A stretch of DNA of 64,000 bases from an uncultured Pelagibacteraceae bacterium (GTDB lineage Bacteria > Pseudomonadota > Alphaproteobacteria > Pelagibacterales > Pelagibacteraceae), in the NCBI GenBank assembly GCA_902614055.1, contig CACMJX010000001.1, forward strand, positions 189,189-253,188. Reading direction: 5' to 3'. This document shows, one piece after another, positions 41,703 to 51,216 of this stretch; the first letter of the stretch is position 1, and each line of letters starts with the position of its first letter. A model generated the notes under the pieces. The model made no database searches, was not told the origin of the DNA, and was given only the letters and a program-made list of their open reading frames with translations. The position numbers and the translations under genes were made by a program.

Positions 41703-42919
41703 AAATAGAGAACATTAAAGATGAGTTTCCAATATTTGATGAAAAAATTCAAAATAACGATTTAGTTTATTTAGATAGCGCTAACTCATCACAAAAACCA
41801 AAAGTTGTAGCTGATAAAATAAATGAATTTTATACTAAACAATTTTCAAATGTTGGAAGAAGTGTTCATTATTTAGCAGTTGCAGCAACAAACTTATATG
41901 AAAACACCAGGTCCTCTGTGCAAAAATACATTAATGCTAAAGATAAAAATGAAATAGTTTTTACCAAAGGAGCAACTGAAGCATTAAATTTAGTAGCCAA
42001 TACTCTAGGGCAAAAATACCTGAATGAGGGAGATGAAATTTTAATTACAGAGCTTGAGCATCATTCAAATTACGTGCCTTGGCACTTCTTAAGAAAATCA
42101 AAAAATATTAAAATTAACTTTGCAGAGGTAAATGATGATGGAGACATTTCTCTAGAGGATATTGAAAAAAAAATAACTTCTAAGACTAAAGTAATTGCCA
42201 TTACTCATCTATCTAACGTTACTGGGGCGATATTGCCTGTTAAAGAAATAACAGATCTTGCCCACTCAAAGGGAATAATAGTTGTCATTGATGGTTGTCA
42301 GGGAGCTCCTCATCTTAAATTGGATATGCAAGACTTAGATTGTGATTTTTATGCAATATCATGCCATAAAATGTATGGGCCTACTGGACTTGGTGTTTTA
42401 TATGGTAAAAAGAAGTGGTTAGAAGAACTGCCACCCTATCAAGGTGGAGGTGGAATGATTAGAGAAGTCAAAAAAGATAAAATATCTTACGGTGATTTAC
42501 CAAATAAATATGAGGCTGGTACCATGGCTACAGCTCAAGTTATTGCATTTGATCAGTCAATTAAGTTTATGGAGAGTATTGGTATAGAGAATATAATGAA
42601 ACATGAAGCTGATTTAGTTGAGTATGGTCAAGAGCTACTACAAAAAAATAATTCTGTTAAGTTAATTGGTAGTCCAAAAAACAAAGGGGGAGTTTTATCC
42701 TTCACATTGGAGGGTGTTCATCCACATGATATTGCCACAATTCTTGATGAAGACGGAGTTGCAATAAGAGCAGGTCATCATTGCTGTCAAATATTACATG
42801 ACAAATTAAATATACCTGCTAGTGCAAGAGCGTCAGTTGGAATTTATAATACTAAAGATGACTTAGATAAGTTAAATGACTCTATTAATAACTGTAAAAA
42901 AATATTTAATTTAAAATGA
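41699..42919 (+). CDS. sufS: Cysteine desulfurase SufS
   Basis: YLDSA.SSQKP, EHHSN, HKMYGPTG, RAGHHC. Confidence 0.97.
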   Translation: MKIENIKDEFPIFDEKIQNNDLVYLDSANSSQKPKVVADKINEFYTKQFSNVGRSVHYLAVAATNLYENTRSSVQKYINAKDKNEIVFTKGATEALNLVANTLGQKYLNEGDEILITELEHHSNYVPWHFLRKSKNIKINFAEVNDDGDISLEDIEKKITSKTKVIAITHLSNVTGAILPVKEITDLAHSKGIIVVIDGCQGAPHLKLDMQDLDCDFYAISCHKMYGPTGLGVLYGKKKWLEELPPYQGGGGMIREVKKDKISYGDLPNKYEAGTMATAQVIAFDQSIKFMESIGIENIMKHEADLVEYGQELLQKNNSVKLIGSPKNKGGVLSFTLEGVHPHDIATILDEDGVAIRAGHHCCQILHDKLNIPASARASVGIYNTKDDLDKLNDSINNCKKIFNLK

Positions 42920-43380
42920 ACTTAAAAGAACTTTATCAAGAAATTATTTTAGAGCATGGAAAAAATCCAAGGAATCTTGGAAAAGTACATGAGTTTAATA
43001 AAGATGCAAAAGGTCATAACCCTTTATGTGGAGACAATGTTCATGTTTATCTTAAATTAAATGGACAAAAAATAGTTGAGGATATTTCATTTGAGGGAAG
43101 TGGATGTGCTATTTCAATGGCATCGGCTTCAATCATGACAGATTTAATTAAAGGCAAAAATGAACACGAGGCTAAAGAGATAGTTGAAGACTTTTTAGGA
43201 ATGATAAAAGAAAATCCAGACTTAAAATCAGAGTACTTAAAAGATGACGAAAAAACTAAATTAATGTGTTTATCTGGTGTCAAACAATATCCAATGAGAG
43301 TAAAGTGCGCAACATTATCGTGGCATACTCTTACATCTGCAATGGATAACTCAAAGGAAATCACTAATACAGAGTCTTAA
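42916..43380 (+). CDS. sufU: SufU-type (NifU-family) Fe-S assembly/sulfur-transfer protein
   Basis: LYQEIIL.H.K.P.N, NPLCGD, GCAISMASAS, RVKCATL; has the SufU-type insertion and lacks the IscU LPPVK motif. Confidence 0.88.
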   Translation: MNLKELYQEIILEHGKNPRNLGKVHEFNKDAKGHNPLCGDNVHVYLKLNGQKIVEDISFEGSGCAISMASASIMTDLIKGKNEHEAKEIVEDFLGMIKENPDLKSEYLKDDEKTKLMCLSGVKQYPMRVKCATLSWHTLTSAMDNSKEITNTES

Positions 43381-43384
43381 CTTT

Positions 43385-43681
43385 ATGGAATTAAAAGAAA
43401 AAGTAATTGAAGAAATAAAAAAAATTTACGATCCTGAGATACCAGTAAATATTTATGAACTTGGATTAATTTATGATATTAATGTAGATGGAAAAAATAT
43501 CGGTGTAAAAATGACACTTACTACTCCAAATTGTCCAGTGGCCGAAAGTTTGCCTAAAGAAGTTAAAGATAGTATTATGCAATTAGAAGAAGTTAATAAA
43601 GTAGATTTAGATTTAGTTTGGGAGCCACCATGGGATAAATCTATGATGTCAGAGGCAGCAAAATTGGAATTAAACTTATGA
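43385..43681 (+). CDS. sufT: DUF59/SufT Fe-S assembly protein
   Basis: DPEIPVNIYELGLIY, MTLTTPNCP, W.PPW. Confidence 0.9.
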   Translation: MELKEKVIEEIKKIYDPEIPVNIYELGLIYDINVDGKNIGVKMTLTTPNCPVAESLPKEVKDSIMQLEEVNKVDLDLVWEPPWDKSMMSEAAKLELNL

Positions 43682-44013
43682 CGAAACAAGTTATATCATT
43701 AAGCGATCAAGCAGCAGACAGGATAAAAGAAATTATGTCATCCGCTGATAATGACTCTATTGGTGTTAGAGTTGGAGTAAAATCAGGGGGATGCGCAGGA
43801 ATGTCTTATATTATGGAATATACAAAAGAGATAAATCCTAATGATGAAGTTATTGAGGATAAAGGGGTAAAAGTATTCATTGATCCAGCCGCTGTAATGT
43901 ATCTTTTTGGGACTGAAATGGATTATAAAAAGGAACAATTTTCTTCCCAATTTGTGTTTAACAACCCAAATGAAACTGAAAGGTGCGGTTGTGGAGAGTC
44001 TTTTAAAGTTTAA
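43678..44013 (+). CDS. sufA: A-type Fe-S carrier (SufA/IscA)
   Basis: GGCAGMSY, NPN...CGCGESF. Confidence 0.93.
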   Translation: MTKQVISLSDQAADRIKEIMSSADNDSIGVRVGVKSGGCAGMSYIMEYTKEINPNDEVIEDKGVKVFIDPAAVMYLFGTEMDYKKEQFSSQFVFNNPNETERCGCGESFKV

Positions 44014-44017
44014 TTAA

Positions 44018-44155
44018 TTATTGGTAATAGGAAATAAACCAATACTGTCCTCTTTTATTCATAGAATAGGTTTTATTTTTTCTACGCTTTGGTTTTCTAA
44101 TTTCATGTTTTTTGTAACCTATAATATTCTTTAGTGTTGTAATAATTTTAGTCAT
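44018..44155 (-). CDS. Uncalled 45-aa basic small protein downstream of glnA
   Basis: Manual translation MTKIITTLKNIIGYKKHEIRKPKRRKNKTYSMNKRGQYWFISYYQ*; fills most of a 230-bp gap and stops 4 nt from the sufA stop. Confidence 0.55.
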   Translation of the reverse strand: MTKIITTLKNIIGYKKHEIRKPKRRKNKTYSMNKRGQYWFISYYQ

Positions 44156-44194
44156 TCTATCTGATAACAAAATTGGATGAAATTAGTATTCTAA

Positions 44195-44231
44195 TATGGG
44201 AATACCTGCTATTACTTCAGGTAATCCCATA
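44195..44231 (-). terminator. Stem-loop 3' of glnA (terminator, stabiliser or processing element)
   Basis: TATGGGA-A-TACCTG / 9-nt loop / CAGGTA-A-TCCCATA, 13 paired positions; no clear U-tract in the glnA direction. Confidence 0.55.
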
Positions 44232-44243
44232 AAATTAAGCTTT

Positions 44244-45650
44244 TTAACAGCTATAATACATGTCGAATTCAATAGGGTGCGGCGTATGTTCAAAATTATG
44301 AATTTCTTCATATTTAAGTTCAATGTACGCATCTATTTGATCATCAGTAAATACGTTGCCTTTAGTTAAAAAGCCTCTATCTTTGTTTAATGATTCCATT
44401 GCTTCTCTTAAAGAACCGCAAACAGTAGGTACTTTTTTAACTTGCTTTTCTGATAAAGCATAAAGATCTTTGTCAAACGATTTACCTGGATCAATTTTAT
44501 TTTTTATACCGTCAATTCCAGCCATAAGCATAGAAGCAAATGTTAAATACGGATTTCCAGATGCATCTGGGAATCTTATTTCACATCTTGCACCCTTTTT
44601 ACTTAATGTGATTGGAATTCTGCATGAAGCCGATCTATTTCTGGCAGAGTACGCAAGCAAAACTGGAGCCTCAAATCCTGGTATTAATCTCTTATAACTA
44701 TTTGTAGTAGCATTAGCAAATGCATTAATAGCTTTTGCATGTTTTAATACGCCACCAATATAATATAAAGCGGTTTGAGATAATCCAGCATATTTGTTTC
44801 CAGAAAATACAGGAGTTTTCCCTTTCCAAATTGATTGGTGAGTGTGCATTCCTGAACCATTATCTCCTTTAACTGGCTTAGGCATAAAAGTTGCAGTTTT
44901 ACCAAAAGAGTGAGAAACCATTTGAACTACGTATTTGTAAAGTTGGACGTTGTCTGCTTGATTAACCAAGGTTCCAAATAACATTCCAAGTTCATGTTGA
45001 CTAGGAGCAACTTCATGGTGATGTTTCTCTACGGTAATTCCAACATCTCTTAGTCCTTTAAGATATTCACCCCTCATGTCTTGAGCGCTATCTACTGGTG
45101 GTACGGGAAAATATCCTCCTTTTACACCTGGTCTGTGACCCATGTTGCCATTTTCATAAGATTTTCCAGAATTATAAGGACCTTCTGTGCTATCAATTGA
45201 AAAACTTGTTTCATTCATATCGTTTTTAATTCTTACATCATCAAAAACGAAAAACTCAGGCTCTGGCCCAAAATAAGCTGTATCACCTATACCTGTTTTC
45301 TTTAAATAAGCCTCAGCTTTTTTTGCAATTCCTCTTGGATCTCTTTCGTAGGGATCTCTCTTAACTGCATCTAAAATATCACAAAATAAAATTAAAGTAT
45401 TATGAGATGTATAAGGATCTATTACTTTTCTACTTAAATCAGGCTTTAATATCATGTCAGACTCATTAATTGCTTTCCATCCTGCAATTGAAGATCCATC
45501 AAAAAATACACCATCATTTAGCATTCCTTCATCTACGATAGTTGTATCCATTGTTAAATGTTGAAGTTTACCCCTTGGGTCCGTGAATCTGAGATCCACA
45601 AACTCAATATTCTTAGACTTCATTAATTTTAGTACATCCTTAGCGCTCAT
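44244..45650 (-). CDS. glnA: Type I glutamine synthetase
   Basis: VDLRFTD, FDGSSI.GW, EKHHHEVA, ATFMPKP..GDNGSGMH, PGFEAP, NRSASCRIP; AGGAGA ribosome-binding site. Confidence 0.99.
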   Translation of the reverse strand: MSAKDVLKLMKSKNIEFVDLRFTDPRGKLQHLTMDTTIVDEGMLNDGVFFDGSSIAGWKAINESDMILKPDLSRKVIDPYTSHNTLILFCDILDAVKRDPYERDPRGIAKKAEAYLKKTGIGDTAYFGPEPEFFVFDDVRIKNDMNETSFSIDSTEGPYNSGKSYENGNMGHRPGVKGGYFPVPPVDSAQDMRGEYLKGLRDVGITVEKHHHEVAPSQHELGMLFGTLVNQADNVQLYKYVVQMVSHSFGKTATFMPKPVKGDNGSGMHTHQSIWKGKTPVFSGNKYAGLSQTALYYIGGVLKHAKAINAFANATTNSYKRLIPGFEAPVLLAYSARNRSASCRIPITLSKKGARCEIRFPDASGNPYLTFASMLMAGIDGIKNKIDPGKSFDKDLYALSEKQVKKVPTVCGSLREAMESLNKDRGFLTKGNVFTDDQIDAYIELKYEEIHNFEHTPHPIEFDMYYSC

Positions 45651-45672
45651 ATTATCTCCTATAATTTTTTAA

Positions 45673-45693
45673 TTTTCTTATCAGTTAAGAAAA
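45673..45693. promoter_or_regulatory. Perfect inverted repeat upstream of glnA
   Basis: TTTTCTTA-TCAGT-TAAGAAAA, 23-43 nt upstream of the glnA start. Confidence 0.4.
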
Positions 45694-45791
45694 GATAAAT
45701 AATGCCTATTAAATAGATATCACTTATGCTTTTTTTACATGTATATTAACCTTAAAAAATTAGAATTTTCAATCAATCCTAAGTTGCAATA

Positions 45792-46271
45792 ATGAGTTTA
45801 TTTAATAAAGAACCAGTTAAAAGAGCTGAAAAAGCATTAAAAGAATTCGATGAGACTTTATCAGTCACAGAATTAGAAAACACAGCAAGAACAGCCGTTG
45901 ATGCAGCAAAATCCTTAAATTGTGAAGTAGGTGCAATTGTTAAAAGCTTACTTTTTAAAAATGGTGATAATTTTTTTTTATGTTTAGTCTCAGGTGACAA
46001 AAGATGCTCATTAAACAAATTAAAAAAGTTTTTTAATAGTAAAGATTTAAGTATGGCATCACCTAATGATGTGAAAGAACAAACTGGATATACAATTGGA
46101 GGAGTATCTCCAATAGGACACACTAAAAGCTTGCAGATATTAGTTGATAGTTCTTTGAACAGATACAAAGATTTATTTGCAGCAGCAGGACATCCAAACT
46201 GTATTTTTAAAATTAATTTTGATGATCTTATTAAAATAACAAATGGATCAATAGAAGATATAATTGAATGA
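45792..46271 (+). CDS. YbaK/EbsC family aminoacyl-tRNA deacylase
   Basis: TARTAVDAA..L.C.VGAIVKSL, TGYTIGGVSP.G, AAAG.P. Confidence 0.9.
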   Translation: MSLFNKEPVKRAEKALKEFDETLSVTELENTARTAVDAAKSLNCEVGAIVKSLLFKNGDNFFLCLVSGDKRCSLNKLKKFFNSKDLSMASPNDVKEQTGYTIGGVSPIGHTKSLQILVDSSLNRYKDLFAAAGHPNCIFKINFDDLIKITNGSIEDIIE

Positions 46272-47161
46272 AATCTCAAAACGCTACTGATTATTTCATT
46301 CTTACTTTTTTAGCTTTACTTTGGGCTTCAGCCTTTTTTAATATTAAAATTGCAACATATTCTTATGGACCAATAACCATAACTTTTTTAAGAATTTTTT
46401 TTGGTATGATACCATTATTGTTACTTTGTTATTTTAAAAATATAAAAATTGAAGCGTTTTCTAATGATTGGAAATGGTTTGCAGCAATTGGTATCATTAA
46501 CTTAGTAATACCTTTTTTCCTAATAGCATACGGGGTTCAGAAAGTTCAAAGTAACTTAGCAGCAATTTTAATGTCAACTACACCTATAAGTGCAACAATA
46601 CTTGCACATTTCTTTGTAGAAGGAGAAAAAATAAACATAATAAAAATATTTGGAATAGTATTAGGTTTTTCAGGAATTGTTTATTTATTCTCAGAAAATT
46701 TACTTATAAATAACGAAAATTTATTTTCTGCTCTTATGATTCTATTGGGATCCACTTTTTATGTAATTGGAGGAATTTTAACATTGAAAATAAGTAATAA
46801 GAAAAATGAAAATGTAACTGCATCAATTCTTATTTGGGGAGCTATAATTGCTTGTCCAATATCACTAATAATTGAGCAACCATGGAATTATAATCCATCA
46901 TTAGACTCCACATTATCTTTGATTTATCTTGGTATTTTTCCAACAGGAATTGCATGGTTATTAAGATTTATGATTTTAAAGAAAAATGGCTTAGTTTTCC
47001 AAAGTCAGGTAGCTTATCTAATACCGATTTTTGGTGTTATTTTAGGATTTATTTTCCTAAACGAATTAGTAACATCTAAAATCTTAATTGCCCTATGTGC
47101 TGTTGTCTTAGGAATTTATTTTGTAAAAAAGGCAGGAGATAAAAAAATTCAGAGTATATAA
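46268..47161 (+). CDS. DMT/EamA family transporter
   Basis: About 10 TM helices, LWASAF, two EamA repeats, YL.PIFGV.LG. Confidence 0.9.
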   Translation: MKSQNATDYFILTFLALLWASAFFNIKIATYSYGPITITFLRIFFGMIPLLLLCYFKNIKIEAFSNDWKWFAAIGIINLVIPFFLIAYGVQKVQSNLAAILMSTTPISATILAHFFVEGEKINIIKIFGIVLGFSGIVYLFSENLLINNENLFSALMILLGSTFYVIGGILTLKISNKKNENVTASILIWGAIIACPISLIIEQPWNYNPSLDSTLSLIYLGIFPTGIAWLLRFMILKKNGLVFQSQVAYLIPIFGVILGFIFLNELVTSKILIALCAVVLGIYFVKKAGDKKIQSI

Positions 47162-47173
47162 AAATAAATAATT

Positions 47174-48190
47174 CTAATTTATTTTTAATTTTTCAAATTT
47201 TTTTGATTTAACTGATTTTTGTGCAGCTTCAGCTAAAATTATAGACTTTCTTCCATCTTCAAAAACCCCTCTGGGTTTGATATTTTTTTTGCAAAAGTTT
47301 GCAAGATCAGATAGTTGCAACCTAAAAGCTTCTGCATATCTTTCTATAAAAAAATGAAGGAGAGGGGATTTATTATTTGTCGAATTTTTTAAAAAGAGAT
47401 TCGTTTCTGTATCTCTTTTATTATCTGATATCATCATTCCTTTTGTTCCAAAAAGCTCAACTCTTTGGTCATAACCAAAACTACAATGTCTCGAATTAGT
47501 TATAATGCATTGCACTCCTTTTTTTGACTTAAGCACTGTAGTAGCAAGTTCATAGTCTTTTATTTTATTAAATCTTTGGTCTGATATGTTACTGCCAGTA
47601 GCAAATACTGATATAAATTCATCTGAACCCAAGTAGTATCTTGCCAAATCAAAATCATGTATCATCATATCTTTAAAAATTCCTCCAGAACTTTTTAAAT
47701 AAGATAACGAAGGAGGAGCAGGGTCGCGACTAGTAATAATAATTTTCTCTAGTTTACCTATTTTATTTTTCAATAAATTCTTTTTAAGTAAATTATGTCC
47801 AGGATCATATCTTCTATTAAATCCTATTTGAACTTTAGGATTAAGTTTTTTAATTTTTGTTAAAGATGAATTAATTTTTTTTAAATTTAAATCTAGTGGT
47901 TTTTCACAAAATATTACTTTTTTATATTTTACACCTTTTTCAATAAATTTTAAATGTGTAGAAGTAGAAGAGGCTATAAAAATACATCTAATTTCATTAT
48001 CTTTAAAAGCTATATCTGGATTATTTATTGAAATAGCATTAAATCTTTTTGAAATTTTGTTTAATAAATTTTTATTTAAATCAAAAACATATTTTAAATC
48101 AAATTCACTATTTTTTCTTAAATTATCAGCATGCATCTGGCCAATTCTACCAAGACCAAACAGAGCAGTTTTTATTTTATTTTTACCCAT
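47174..48190 (-). CDS. iolG: myo-inositol 2-dehydrogenase (IolG/IdhA)
   Basis: G.GRIG..H, CEKP, GFNRRYDP, TSRDPAPP, SGGIFKDMMIHDFD, NSR...GYDQRVE; start moved to ATG 48190. Confidence 0.9.
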   Translation of the reverse strand: MGKNKIKTALFGLGRIGQMHADNLRKNSEFDLKYVFDLNKNLLNKISKRFNAISINNPDIAFKDNEIRCIFIASSTSTHLKFIEKGVKYKKVIFCEKPLDLNLKKINSSLTKIKKLNPKVQIGFNRRYDPGHNLLKKNLLKNKIGKLEKIIITSRDPAPPSLSYLKSSGGIFKDMMIHDFDLARYYLGSDEFISVFATGSNISDQRFNKIKDYELATTVLKSKKGVQCIITNSRHCSFGYDQRVELFGTKGMMISDNKRDTETNLFLKNSTNNKSPLLHFFIERYAEAFRLQLSDLANFCKKNIKPRGVFEDGRKSIILAEAAQKSVKSKKFEKLKIN

Positions 48191-49317
48191 CTTTTTTTTC
48201 TGTTTGAAACTTTGCATGCTTCAATAAATTTTGCAGTTTCCAGTCCTTCGTCTTCATTGGGGTAAAAATACCTTTTTTTTGCATTATTTTTCAAAGAATT
48301 TGCAAATTCACGATAAATATTTGCAAATGCATCCAAATAACCTTCAGGATGACCAAATTTTAATCTAGAAAATTTTTTAGACAATTCAGCATTAAAAAAA
48401 CCTCTTTCAATAAATTTTACTGCACCTTTAGATGGATTAAGTTTTAAATAGTTTGGATCGTTTTGAACCCATTCCAAACTTCCTTTTGTTCCAAAAATTC
48501 TTATTCGTAATCCATAAACTCCACCTCTAGCCATCACACTTGTCCAAAACATTCCTTTAGCTCCATTATTAAAATTGATCATTACTTGAGCATTGTTGTC
48601 CATTTTAACTTTATTTGAAACTTGTTTAATATCTGCAAAAATAGTTTCACCTTTTAAACCTGATATATAAGTTGCCATATGATATGCATGTGAGCCAATT
48701 TCGTTTAAGACCGCTGAAGCTCCAACAATATTTTTATCTATTTTCCATTTAAACTTTTTCTTTGCATTTTTTTGTGAAATACTCTCTCCATCTGACCAAT
48801 CCTGAACGTATTCAACGTTTACGTATTCAACTTTTCCAATTTTACCTTTTTCAACCAATACTTTCGCCTCTCTAACCATAGGATAAGCAGAGTAATTGTG
48901 TGTCAAAGCATACTTAATTATTTTATTTGATTTTATTTTTTTAAATAATTTTTTAGCTTGAGTAAGATTTCCAGCAAATGGTTTATCAGAAATTACATGT
49001 ATATTTTTATCAATAAATTTTTCTGCAATAATTTGGTGACTTGAAGGAGGTGTCATTATTGCTACAACATTAATACCATCTTTTCTTGCCGCTTCTCTTT
49101 CAGCCATTTCTCTAAAATTTGAATAGCATCTCTCTTTTAAAATACCTAGGCTTTGACCAAAGCTTTTAGATAGTTTTGAATTTCTCGAAAAAACACCAGC
49201 AACTATCTCATATTGATTATCAAATCTTGATGAAATTCTATGAACATGACCAATCCAAGATTTTGGACCACCTCCAACTACGCCAAGCTGAATTTTTTTT
49301 CCTTTAATTAATCTCAT
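48172..49317 (-). CDS. Gfo/Idh/MocA family NAD(P)-dependent sugar/cyclitol oxidoreductase
   Basis: LGVVGGG..WIG.VHR, SDKP, THNY.AYPMVR, EIGSHA, GHPEGY..AFANIY; start moved to ATG 49317. Confidence 0.88.
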   Translation of the reverse strand: MRLIKGKKIQLGVVGGGPKSWIGHVHRISSRFDNQYEIVAGVFSRNSKLSKSFGQSLGILKERCYSNFREMAEREAARKDGINVVAIMTPPSSHQIIAEKFIDKNIHVISDKPFAGNLTQAKKLFKKIKSNKIIKYALTHNYSAYPMVREAKVLVEKGKIGKVEYVNVEYVQDWSDGESISQKNAKKKFKWKIDKNIVGASAVLNEIGSHAYHMATYISGLKGETIFADIKQVSNKVKMDNNAQVMINFNNGAKGMFWTSVMARGGVYGLRIRIFGTKGSLEWVQNDPNYLKLNPSKGAVKFIERGFFNAELSKKFSRLKFGHPEGYLDAFANIYREFANSLKNNAKKRYFYPNEDEGLETAKFIEACKVSNRKKRWVKIK

Positions 49318-49348
49318 GATTAAATATATCTTAACAAATAAAAAATTT

Positions 49349-50251
49349 ATGTCAGTAAAATTAGGTATAGCACCAATTGCTTGGAGTAATGATGACATGC
49401 CTGAGCTAGGCGGAGATACTCCTCTAGAACAATGTTTGTCAGAGGCAAGTCAGGCTGGATTTGTTGGGATTGAGTCAGGTGGTAAATTCCCAAAAACATC
49501 TGAGGAATTATTACCAAAATTAGAAAAGTATAACTTAAAATTATGTTCTGGTTGGTATAGCGGAAATCTAAGAAAAAATTCTGTTGAACAAGAAAAAAAT
49601 TTAATTCAAGACCAACTTAAATTATTTAAAGATTGTGAAGCTCCATGTATCGTTTTTGCTGAAGTTTTTGGTTCAATACAGGGTGATCCAACAAAAAAAC
49701 TTTCCAATAGACCAAAGATGACGGACCAAGAATGGAAAGATTATTGTACAAAAATTTCTGAGCTTGCAAAGTATCTTGAAGATGAAGGTATGCCTTTAGC
49801 TTATCACCATCATATGGGTACAGTAATAGAAACAGAAGAAGAAACTATTAGATTACTAGAAAACACAGATGATAGTGTAAAATTAACTTTAGATACTGGT
49901 CATATGTTATTTGCTAAGGGAAACTCAATTAATATAATTAATAAATTTAAAGAAAGAGTAATTCACATACACTGCAAAGATATTAGAGAAGAAGTATTAA
50001 AAAAAGCCCTTTCTGAAGATTTGAGTTTTAGGGAAGCTTTTTTAGAAGGTGCTTTTACGGTACCTGGCGATGGGTGTATCGACTACAAACCTCTGTTTGA
50101 TATTCTAAAAAAAAATAATTATCAAGGTTGGCTTGTGGTAGAGGCTGAACAAGATCCTAAAAAAGCTAATCCACTTGAATACGCTATCAAGGGTTACAAA
50201 TATATTACTGATACTTTAAAGAAATCAAATTTAGAGATTAATAATCTATAA
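49349..50251 (+). CDS. iolE: myo-inosose-2 dehydratase
   Basis: GIAPIAWSNDDMPELGG, YHHHMGT, DTGH, HCKD, FTVPGDG, VEAEQDP; start moved to ATG 49349. Confidence 0.96.
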   Translation: MSVKLGIAPIAWSNDDMPELGGDTPLEQCLSEASQAGFVGIESGGKFPKTSEELLPKLEKYNLKLCSGWYSGNLRKNSVEQEKNLIQDQLKLFKDCEAPCIVFAEVFGSIQGDPTKKLSNRPKMTDQEWKDYCTKISELAKYLEDEGMPLAYHHHMGTVIETEEETIRLLENTDDSVKLTLDTGHMLFAKGNSINIINKFKERVIHIHCKDIREEVLKKALSEDLSFREAFLEGAFTVPGDGCIDYKPLFDILKKNNYQGWLVVEAEQDPKKANPLEYAIKGYKYITDTLKKSNLEINNL

Positions 50252-51202
50252 TTTTACTTTTTTACTGTCTTCAAGTTTACCATCAAAAAAATCAAAAATA
50301 TTTTGAATAGTTTCTTTTGCCATTCTTGTCATGCATTCCTCAGTAAATGCTGCAGCGTGAGGACTAAGGAAAACTTTGTCATTTTTTAATAAAGGATTAT
50401 CAGCCTCTGGAGGCTCTACCTCAAATACATCAATTCCTGCTCCAAAAATCAAATTTTCATTCAATGCCCTATCTAAATCTTTTTCATTTATAATACCGCC
50501 TCTTGCAGCATTTATGATGATGCAGTTTTTTTTCATCGTTTTTAAAAGTTCGTAATTTATAATATTTTTAGTTTGATCAGTTAAAGGTATATGGAGTGAG
50601 ACAGCATCCATACCTTTAATAGCCTCTGATAAATCTTCAACTTTTTTACCACCCATTTTGCTTATTGTTTCTGAATCTACAAATGGATCGTAAACAAAAA
50701 CGTTCATTTCAAACCCTAAACATCTTTTAATCAACACTTTTCCTATTCTTCCAAATCCAGCAATAAGAATGTTTTTATCCCAAATCTCTATAGTTTTTGG
50801 TAATTTATTTCGTTCAGTAAATTTTCCACTTTTGACTGAATGGTCATACATACTCTTTCTTTTTGAGATACTTAAAAGCATGAAAAGAACATGTTCTGCA
50901 ACTGCCACAGCATTTGCTGTTGCGGTTATTGCTACGTCGATGTTTCCTTTTTTACAGCTATTTAAATCAATATTATCGTAACCAACTCCATGTCTTGAAA
51001 TTATTTTAAGGTTTTTTGCATTTTCAATTGCCTCAGCAGGTAATATAGATGTTCTTAAAGAAACTGCATCTGCATCTACAATTTTTTGTTTCACATTTTC
51101 AACACTTAAATCTTCAACAACCTCGTAACTATAGTCGCTATTACTTTTTAATAATTCCATACCTTTTTCATGAATAGGTTGGACAATGAGAATTTTTTTC
51201 AT
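50246..51202 (-). CDS. D-2-hydroxyacid dehydrogenase (short SerA-like, no ACT domain)
   Basis: RHGVGYDN, GFGRIG, NAARGG, DVF..EP, SPH.AA. Confidence 0.88.
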   Translation of the reverse strand: MKKILIVQPIHEKGMELLKSNSDYSYEVVEDLSVENVKQKIVDADAVSLRTSILPAEAIENAKNLKIISRHGVGYDNIDLNSCKKGNIDVAITATANAVAVAEHVLFMLLSISKRKSMYDHSVKSGKFTERNKLPKTIEIWDKNILIAGFGRIGKVLIKRCLGFEMNVFVYDPFVDSETISKMGGKKVEDLSEAIKGMDAVSLHIPLTDQTKNIINYELLKTMKKNCIIINAARGGIINEKDLDRALNENLIFGAGIDVFEVEPPEADNPLLKNDKVFLSPHAAAFTEECMTRMAKETIQNIFDFFDGKLEDSKKVKL

Positions 51203-51216
51203 AATTTTAAAAAAAA

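Noticed and set aside
47162-47173. Integration site or mobile-element boundary at the start of the iol cluster
   Set aside because: Only a 12-bp AT gap; no tRNA, integrase, transposase or direct repeat is visible.
50246-51202. Calling this gene serA
   Set aside because: It has only the catalytic core, with no regulatory domain, and lies in a catabolic cluster; the substrate cannot be assigned.
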